Part shown: piece by piece, positions 25,986-32,000 of the stretch | Layout: each line of letters opens with the position of its first letter | How positions within the stretch are numbered: position 1 is the stretch's first letter | Program-made: the position numbers and the translations under genes | Assembly (NCBI RefSeq): GCF_042660085.1 | Contig: NZ_JBHSTI010000008.1 | Span: 1,209,876 to 1,241,875, forward strand | Reading direction: 5' to 3' | Length of the DNA: 32,000 bases | Origin: Longivirga aurantiaca | Lineage (GTDB): Bacteria; Actinomycetota; Actinomycetes; S36-B12; CAIYMF01 | The notes under the pieces: model-generated | The model's database searches: none | Told to the model about the DNA's origin: nothing | What the model saw: only the letters and a program-made list of their open reading frames with translations

Positions 25986-27910
25986 GCACGATGCAGCGCA
26001 GGGACCCGCGGACGATGAGCATCGCCTCGGACGCCCAGCAGATGATCGAGGTCGCGAGGTCCGAAGGCATCGAGACCGTGTGGGACCGCCTGGAGGCCCA
26101 GCAGCCGCAGTGCGGCTTCTGCGTCCTGGGCGTGAGCTGCCGCAACTGCGCCATGGGGCCGTGCCGAGTCGACCCGTTCGGCGCGGGCCCGCAGAAGGGT
26201 GTGTGCGGGGCCGGAGCCGACGTGATCGTCGCCCGCAACCTCGGCCGCACCATCGCCGCCGGCTCCTCGTCGCACTCCGACCACGGGCGCGACATCCTCG
26301 AGGTGTTCGCCGCGACGGCCCACGGAGAGACGACGGGCTACCGCATCCAGGACGTGGGCAAGCTGACGCGGCTGGCGGCCGAGCTCGGAATCCCGACCGA
26401 GGACCGGACGACGACACAGGTCGCCGTCGACCTAGCGGACCGGCTCATGGATGACTTCGGCACCCGGCGCGCATCGTTGTCCTTCGTGGAGAGGTCGCCG
26501 AAGCCCCGCCAGGAGCTGTGGGACCGGCTCGGCGTGACACCGCGCGGCATCGACCGGGAGAACGTGGAGATGCTGCACCGCACTCACATGGGCGTGGACA
26601 ACGACCCCGTCAACATCCTGCTGCACGGGCTCCGCACGAGCCTGGCGGACGGCTGGGGCGGATCGATGATCGCCACAGAGCTCTCCGACATCATGTTCGG
26701 CACCCCGTCGCCGGTGATGTCGACGGTGAACCTGGGCACGCTGAAGCCCGGCTGGGTGAACATCGCCCTCCACGGGCACAACCCGATGCTCTCCGACGTG
26801 ATCGTGCAGGCGGCGGAGGACCCGGCGCTGGTCGACCGCGCACGGGAGCTCGGTGCCGAAGGCATCAACCTCGTGGGCCTGTGCTGCACCGGGAACGAGC
26901 TGCTCATGCGGCGCGGCGTCCCGATGGCGGGCAACCACCTCATGCAGGAGCTGGCCATCATGACCGGCGCCCTGGAGGCGATGGTCGTCGACTACCAGTG
27001 CATCATGCCGTCCGTCACGGACGTGGCGCGGTGCTACCACACGGTCGTCATCTCGACCGCGGACAAGGCCAGGTTCCCGGGCGCGGTCCACGTGTCCTTC
27101 GACCCTGGCCGGGGCCTGGAGATCGGGCGGGACATCGTGTCCCGGGGCGTCGAGGCGTTCGCCAACCGCAACCCCGACCGGGTCCGCATCCCCGACGAGC
27201 CCGTGGAGATCATGGCCGGCTTCTCGGTCGAAGCCATCCTCGGCGCGCTCGGCGGCACGCCGGCGCCTCTGGTCGAGGCGATCGCCGATGGACGCATCCG
27301 CGGGGCCGTGGGAGTCGTGGGCTGCAACAACCCCAAGATCACCCAGGACTACGGACACGTCACCCTCACCCGTCGGCTGATCGAGAACGACATCCTCGTC
27401 CTCGTCACCGGGTGCGCAGCGGTCGCCAACGGAAAGGCCGGTCAGATGGTGCCCGCGGCTGCGTCCCTGGCCGGGCCCGGCCTGCGCGCCACCTGCGAGG
27501 CGCTGGGGATCCCGCCCGTCCTGCACATGGGCTCGTGCGTCGACAACACCCGCATCCTGGTGCTGGCCGCGGCGCTCGCAGACCACCTGGGCGTCGACAT
27601 GAGCCAGCTGCCGCTGGCCGGTGCCGCCCCCGAGTGGTACTCGGAGAAGGCCGTGGCCATCGGTGCGTACGTGGTGGCGAGCGGCATCACGACGGTGCTC
27701 GGCGTCGACCCGCCCATCCTCGGGAGCGCAGCCGTCACGGGGCTGCTCACGAGCGGGCTCGACGACGTGGTCGGTGCCAAGTTCGCGGTCGAGGCGGACC
27801 CGGAGAAGGCCGCGGTGCTGATCCGCCGCCACATCGAGGGGAAGCGTGCCGCGCTCGGTCTCCCTGCGCACGACCTCGACCAGATCAGGGAGCCGGTGGC
27901 GACGGCATGA
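25982..27910 (+). CDS. cooS: anaerobic-type Ni,Fe carbon monoxide dehydrogenase catalytic subunit
   Basis: 642 aa. B/D-cluster region QCGFCVLGVSCRNCAMGPCR...GVCGA. Acid-base His in SSHSDHGRD. C-cluster ligand contexts are all present: ALHGHNP, GLCCTGNE, DYQCIMPS, VVGCNNP, VTGCAA, MGSCVDN. Conserved Lys in WYSEKAVAIG. Confidence 0.93.
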   Translation: MSTMQRRDPRTMSIASDAQQMIEVARSEGIETVWDRLEAQQPQCGFCVLGVSCRNCAMGPCRVDPFGAGPQKGVCGAGADVIVARNLGRTIAAGSSSHSDHGRDILEVFAATAHGETTGYRIQDVGKLTRLAAELGIPTEDRTTTQVAVDLADRLMDDFGTRRASLSFVERSPKPRQELWDRLGVTPRGIDRENVEMLHRTHMGVDNDPVNILLHGLRTSLADGWGGSMIATELSDIMFGTPSPVMSTVNLGTLKPGWVNIALHGHNPMLSDVIVQAAEDPALVDRARELGAEGINLVGLCCTGNELLMRRGVPMAGNHLMQELAIMTGALEAMVVDYQCIMPSVTDVARCYHTVVISTADKARFPGAVHVSFDPGRGLEIGRDIVSRGVEAFANRNPDRVRIPDEPVEIMAGFSVEAILGALGGTPAPLVEAIADGRIRGAVGVVGCNNPKITQDYGHVTLTRRLIENDILVLVTGCAAVANGKAGQMVPAAASLAGPGLRATCEALGIPPVLHMGSCVDNTRILVLAAALADHLGVDMSQLPLAGAAPEWYSEKAVAIGAYVVASGITTVLGVDPPILGSAAVTGLLTSGLDDVVGAKFAVEADPEKAAVLIRRHIEGKRAALGLPAHDLDQIREPVATA

Positions 27911-28737
27911 CCGAAATGCGGCCAGCGCCACTGCGCGTCGTGGTCACCGGCAAGGGCGGCGTCGGCAAGACGACCCTCACCGCTCTCGTCGGGCGACAGC
28001 TCGCGCGGTCGGGTCAGAGGGTGCTCCTGGTGGACGCCGACGAGCAGATGAACCTCGGCCGCACCCTCGGGCTGCCGCCGGCCGCATGCCGCGCCGTCGT
28101 GCCGCTCTCGCGCCAGGACGACTACATAGCGGAGACGGTCGGCGCGCGGCCCGGCGAGAGCGGCGCCATGCTCCGGCTCAACCCCGACACCTCCGACGCC
28201 GTCGCGCGGTTCGGGATCGATGGACCCGACGGCGTCCGGCTCCTCGTCATGGGCGGGCTGCGCGCCGCGGGCGGCGGTTGCCTGTGCCCCGAGCACTCGT
28301 TGCTCAGCGCGGTCGTCGCAGGAGTCGGCCGTGAGCACGCGGACGTCGTGCTGATGGACACCCACGCCGGCGTCGAGCATTTCGGCCGGGCCCTTGCCCG
28401 CGGGTTCGACAGGGCCCTGGTCGTGACCGACCCGTCGGCGAACGGCGTCGCCGTCGCCCTCGAGACCGCACGCCTGGCGAGGGATCTCGGGATCCCGCGC
28501 ATCATGCTCGTGGTCAACCGTGCCCGCTCGTCCGCCGACGGGGATCGGGTGGAACGGCTCCTCGCGGACGAGGGCGGATTCCGTTTCGAGTCGGTGACCG
28601 TGCTGCCCTGGGACGACTCCGTGCTCGACTCGGACCCGTCCGTCGGCGCCCTCGTCGACGGTGCGGGCCGCCTGGCCGCGTCCACGGCCCCACTGCTCGC
28701 CGGGTGGCTCACGCCCAGGAGGGAGCTCGTGACATGA
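27907..28737 (+). CDS. cooC: CODH nickel-insertion accessory ATPase
   Basis: P-loop VVVTGKGGVGKTT, metal-binding CxC motif GGCLCPEH, MinD/ParA-type fold. The ATG overlaps the cooS stop (ATGA 27907-27910). Confidence 0.88.
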   Translation: MTEMRPAPLRVVVTGKGGVGKTTLTALVGRQLARSGQRVLLVDADEQMNLGRTLGLPPAACRAVVPLSRQDDYIAETVGARPGESGAMLRLNPDTSDAVARFGIDGPDGVRLLVMGGLRAAGGGCLCPEHSLLSAVVAGVGREHADVVLMDTHAGVEHFGRALARGFDRALVVTDPSANGVAVALETARLARDLGIPRIMLVVNRARSSADGDRVERLLADEGGFRFESVTVLPWDDSVLDSDPSVGALVDGAGRLAASTAPLLAGWLTPRRELVT

Positions 28738-29984
28738 GGACCGTCATCATCGGTACCGGACCCGCGGGGATCACCGCGGCCGAGGTGCTCCGGCGGCACG
28801 ATCCCGACGCCGACCTCGTCCTCGTGACGACGGAGCACGAACCCCCGTACTCGCCGCCGGCGATGGCCGACCACTTCCTGACCGGGCGCCGTGCGGGCCT
28901 GTTCTGGAAGGGCGAGGACGTCTGCGAGCGATGGGGCGCCACAGAGTTGCGCGGGGTCCAGGCGGTGTCGGTCGACACGAGGGCGCACGAGGTCGCGCTG
29001 TCGGACGGCCGATCGCTCGACTACGACTCGCTGCTGATCGCGTCGGGCAGCAGGCTGCACGCGTCGCTTCCCGGCAACGAGCTCAGCGGCATCCACGACT
29101 TCAAGTCGCTGGACGCTGCACGGCGGATCCTCGGCGGCGTCCGGGACGGGAGGGTACGACGCGTCCTCGTGGTCGGGTCGGGGTTCATCGGCGTCGAGCT
29201 CGCCCTGCTGCTGAGCGATCTCGGCGTCCACGTGACCGTCCTGGGCCGGCGAGGCTGGGTGATGCCGCGGGTGCTCGACCCCGACACCGCCGCCGTCGCC
29301 GAGCGCGCGATCCGCGCTCGCGGTGTCCACCTCATGCTGGGGGTGCCCGCTTCCGCCTTCGTCGGCGACGAGACGGTCGAGGGTGTAGAGCTGGCCGACG
29401 GAACGACCCTGCGCGCGGATGCGTTCGTGGCCGCCACGGGCGTCAAGCCGCACATCGAGTTCCTCCACGACTCGGACGTCGCGACCGACTGGGGCGTCCT
29501 GGTCGACGATCGGATGCGCACCACAGCGCCCGACGTCTACGCAGCGGGGGACGTGGCCGAGGCATCCGACCGGATGACCGGCAATCGATACGTGCATGCG
29601 ATCTTCCCCAACGCGGTCGCGCAGGCCACGGTCGCGGCTCTCAACATCCTCGACCGGGACACGGCCTACGCCGGAGCAGAGTCGATGAACAGCCTCAAGC
29701 ACCTCGGGATCCCGCTGGTGTCCATCGGTGACATGGAGGGCGAGGACCGGCTGCAGTGGCGGTCCGGGGACGCGCTGCGGACGGTGTGGCTGACCGACGG
29801 CCGGATCGTGGGCGCACGGCTCGCGGGAGAGATCTCCGGTGCCGGCGTCTACCGATCCCTGATGCTGCGGCGCGACGACGTGCGACGGTTCGGGCGGCGA
29901 CTCGTCGAACCCTCGTTCGGCAGCGGGGATCTCGCGCTGACCGCCCTCATGCCCGACCTTGCCCGGAGCGCCCGGGTGGCCTGA
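28734..29984 (+). CDS. FAD-dependent NAD(P) oxidoreductase, pyridine nucleotide-disulfide oxidoreductase fold (CODH-associated FNOR type)
   Basis: MRTVIIGTGPAGITAAE (FAD GxGxxG), VLVVGSGFIGVELA (NAD(P) GxGxxG), VYAAGDVA. The ATG overlaps the cooC stop (ATGA 28734-28737). Confidence 0.8.
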   Translation: MRTVIIGTGPAGITAAEVLRRHDPDADLVLVTTEHEPPYSPPAMADHFLTGRRAGLFWKGEDVCERWGATELRGVQAVSVDTRAHEVALSDGRSLDYDSLLIASGSRLHASLPGNELSGIHDFKSLDAARRILGGVRDGRVRRVLVVGSGFIGVELALLLSDLGVHVTVLGRRGWVMPRVLDPDTAAVAERAIRARGVHLMLGVPASAFVGDETVEGVELADGTTLRADAFVAATGVKPHIEFLHDSDVATDWGVLVDDRMRTTAPDVYAAGDVAEASDRMTGNRYVHAIFPNAVAQATVAALNILDRDTAYAGAESMNSLKHLGIPLVSIGDMEGEDRLQWRSGDALRTVWLTDGRIVGARLAGEISGAGVYRSLMLRRDDVRRFGRRLVEPSFGSGDLALTALMPDLARSARVA

Positions 29985-30007
29985 CCCCGGGCGGCCGTGC
30001 GCATCCC

Positions 30008-30766
30008 TCAGGCGAGCACGGACGAGACCGCGCGGTTCGCGACCGACAGGCTCGTCCACGTCCGCAGCCGCAGCTGCCCGACCTGCGCGTCGTCGATCCG
30101 GTCGCACACCCAGTCCCAGTGCAGGGAGCACCAGTCGCCGACGGCGAGGGGACGGGCGAGCGCGGCCCCGTCGAGGGAGGTGATCACCCGCTCGACGCGC
30201 TCCGGCCCGAGCGCGAGCCGGCGACCGTCCCACACCAGCGGCTGGGACGTCACGTCGGCGCAGCCGACGCCGAGAGCCTCGACGCGTCCCCAACGGATGC
30301 GGCACCGGTCCAGCACGCGGAGCGGCGCGTCGACGACGCCCGTCCTGAGCAGCCCCACGAAGGGGTAGACGCCCAGGACGTGGAAGCTGTGGTGCGGCTG
30401 CGCACCCCGGATCGCGGCGTCGGCCAGGGGCGACCAGGCACGGCCGAGGCGAGGGCGGAAGCGCTCCTCGAGCGAGCCGGCCATGAGGTGGAGAGGCACG
30501 TGGTCCAGCAGGCTGTTGCCGATCCAGTACGCCTCCACCACATCGGCGTCGCACGGGTCTGCGATCCCGTTGGCGTGAGCGATGAGCTCGAGGTACGGCC
30601 AGGCGCCCTCGAACGTGCGCAGCGTGGCGCGCAGGTCGCCGTCGACGGCGCCCGCGGCCGTGCGCCCCAGGAGCGCGGCGGGGTCGTCGGCACCGCAGTA
30701 GCCCAGCTCGTTCGGCGGGTACGCGTACCGCGCGAACAGCAGCTCTCCGGGCACCCGACCGGTCAC
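30008..30766 (-). CDS. conserved hypothetical protein (DUF6390-like) with a HypC-like C-terminal segment
   Basis: GTG 30766 overlaps the stop of the upstream EamA gene (GTGA). N-terminal LLFARYAYPPNELGYCGADD. C-terminal PLAVGDWCSLHWDWVCDRIDDAQ parallels the HypC motif GDWLLVHCGLALARLTESE of the neighbouring hypC. The rest of the 480-aa track ORF overlaps the EamA gene out of frame. Confidence 0.65.
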   Translation of the reverse strand: MTGRVPGELLFARYAYPPNELGYCGADDPAALLGRTAAGAVDGDLRATLRTFEGAWPYLELIAHANGIADPCDADVVEAYWIGNSLLDHVPLHLMAGSLEERFRPRLGRAWSPLADAAIRGAQPHHSFHVLGVYPFVGLLRTGVVDAPLRVLDRCRIRWGRVEALGVGCADVTSQPLVWDGRRLALGPERVERVITSLDGAALARPLAVGDWCSLHWDWVCDRIDDAQVGQLRLRTWTSLSVANRAVSSVLA

Positions 30767-31683
30767 ACGGCCACCTCGCGCGTCCGCTGCCGCGCGGGCG
30801 CCCACATCAGGGCGCCCCCGGCCAGCACGAGCAGCAGCCATCCCGTCTGCGGTGCGAGCGGGACGCCCTGGACGGCGGTGGCGAGCACGGCGGTTATCAC
30901 CGCGCCGACGACGAGGATCGCCGTCACATCGACGGCCTGCGCGCGCGCCAGTGCGGCGAACCAGGTGGAGACGTAGCCGGCGAGGATCGCACCGGTGAGC
31001 AGGACCCAGCCCCACTGCGACGCCGACCACGACAGCACGGCGCCGAGCTCGCCCCGTGCGACGGACCACAGGATCAGCACGACGCTGCCGAGGCCCATCC
31101 GCGCGAGAGCGACAGTCCACGACGACAGGTCGGCCAGGAGCCGCTTGGCGAGCACGACCTCCACCGCCCAGAGCAGGGTCGCGCCGAGCACGAGCGCCTG
31201 GCCGGTGCCCACCAGGGCGGAGACGCCCCCGGCGAGACCCACCTGGCCCACGACGAGCAGCACGATGGCCAGCAGGTGCCAGACGCCGAGCCGCTCGCCC
31301 AGGATCGGGACGGCGAGCAGCGCCACCCAGATCAGCAGCGTCTTGTGGAGGAAGGCGGAGTTCGTGGAGGACGCCCGTGCCAGTCCTTCGAAGAAGAGCA
31401 CGAAGGCGACCGCGCCGCCCAGGACGCCCACGGCGGCCAGTCCCCACCACTGGGCCGCGCTCGTGGGCCGGGTGAGCGGCAGCCGTCCGCGGCGTCCGGC
31501 CGCGGCCCCGATCGTCGCGGCCAGGGCGAGCAGCACGACCAGCGACACGCCGTTCTTCGCCGTGGTGTACAGGGTCGCGTCGCCGACGGCCTTGACGCCG
31601 TACCCGTTGAGGAAGACGGCGAAGCCGCTGATCACGGCGGTGGCGAGGGCGAGGAGCAGCCCGGTGCTGCGGCGTTCGGTCAT
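30763..31683 (-). CDS. EamA/DMT-family transporter
   Basis: About 10 hydrophobic helices in two similar halves, about 306 aa. ATG 31683 overlaps the hypC stop (ATGA). The N-terminal 26 codons of the track ORF are Arg/Ala-rich and overlap hypC. Confidence 0.7.
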   Translation of the reverse strand: MTERRSTGLLLALATAVISGFAVFLNGYGVKAVGDATLYTTAKNGVSLVVLLALAATIGAAAGRRGRLPLTRPTSAAQWWGLAAVGVLGGAVAFVLFFEGLARASSTNSAFLHKTLLIWVALLAVPILGERLGVWHLLAIVLLVVGQVGLAGGVSALVGTGQALVLGATLLWAVEVVLAKRLLADLSSWTVALARMGLGSVVLILWSVARGELGAVLSWSASQWGWVLLTGAILAGYVSTWFAALARAQAVDVTAILVVGAVITAVLATAVQGVPLAPQTGWLLLVLAGGALMWAPARQRTREVAV

Positions 31684-31901
31684 GACGGCACCTCCGAGTC
31701 GCGGAGGCGGAGCGCCTCGTGCGCCTCGGACTCCGTGAGCCGCGCGAGCGCGAGCCCGCAATGGACGAGCAACCAGTCGCCGGTGGCGACCGGGTCGGTC
31801 AGCGTCAGCAGCGAGACCGACGTCTCGCGCTCCCCGCTACGGACGAGCACGGCGCCGTCGGCGGGGGGAGCCGCCACCTGGCACAGGGTCCCGAGGCACA
31901 T
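31680..31901 (-). CDS. hypC: [NiFe]-hydrogenase maturation chaperone, HypC/HupF family
   Basis: MCLGTLCQV... has the essential N-terminal Cys2 (MCLG(I/T)P-type). ...ATGDWLLVHCGLALARLTESEAHEAL is the HypC C-terminal signature. 73 aa. Confidence 0.85.
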   Translation of the reverse strand: MCLGTLCQVAAPPADGAVLVRSGERETSVSLLTLTDPVATGDWLLVHCGLALARLTESEAHEALRLRDSEVPS

Positions 31902-32000
31902 CACCGACCACCGCCCCCGAGCGCATCGAGCGCAACTCGCGCAGCGTCGTCGGCTGCGCCCAGGACCGCGCTGGAGAGCCCGGCCCCGGCTGCCATGTCC
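31901..32000 (-). CDS. 3' end of an upstream CDS in the hyp operon (identity unknown; gene continues past the right edge)
   Basis: Own translation of the minus strand: ...DMAAGAGLSSAVLGAADDAARVALDALGGGGR*. The stop TGA (31903-31901) overlaps the hypC ATG by 1 nt (TGATG). Confidence 0.45.
   Translation of the reverse strand, partial: DMAAGAGLSSAVLGAADDAARVALDALGGGGR

Noticed and set aside
25167-30554. Minus-strand ORFs 25167-26417, 26432-27931 and 28122-30554, and plus-strand frames 26518-27906 and 29756-30976, across the CODH operon
   Set aside because: Shadow ORFs of the cooF/cooS/cooC/FNOR genes with no motifs. The CODH genes are supported by complete cofactor-ligand patterns.

Overview
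Very GC-rich actinobacterial-type chromosomal DNA, with the long antisense shadow ORFs typical of such genomes. I support about 30 genes. Left part: a membrane protein (partial), a patatin-like lipase, a secreted PKD-like protein, a degenerate EAL protein, a universal stress protein, an HhH-GPD repair-family protein and the principal sigma factor (sigA/hrdB type, true start GTG 4462). After the sigA terminator comes about 11 kb of accessory-looking DNA. It holds a 5'-truncated WS/DGAT remnant, a Tat-exported amine oxidase, an MFS-cNMP fusion, a BBE-like FAD oxidase, a lipoprotein, an ABC1 kinase, a small membrane protein and three stop-rich noncoding tracts. This DNA contains or is bounded by two further same-orientation copies of the sigA 3' end: 8836-8922 (heavily decayed) and 17046-17198 (129 nt with 10 mismatches). 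I read this as fossil integration or recombination at the 3' end of the housekeeping sigma gene, and it is my top finding. Right part: SnoaL-like protein, nitrilase, ferritin-like protein, and an LLM oxidoreductase. Next comes an uncharacterised operon of N-terminal-Cys hydrolase, class III aminotransferase and a kinase-like protein. It is followed by a tightly coupled cooF-cooS-cooC-FNOR Ni-CODH operon whose CooS has a CxxC D-cluster motif. A hypC-EamA-DUF operon converges on the CODH operon. No tRNA, rRNA, CRISPR array, transposase or integrase was recognised. All calls come from reading the sequence and ORF track by eye; no database search was run.
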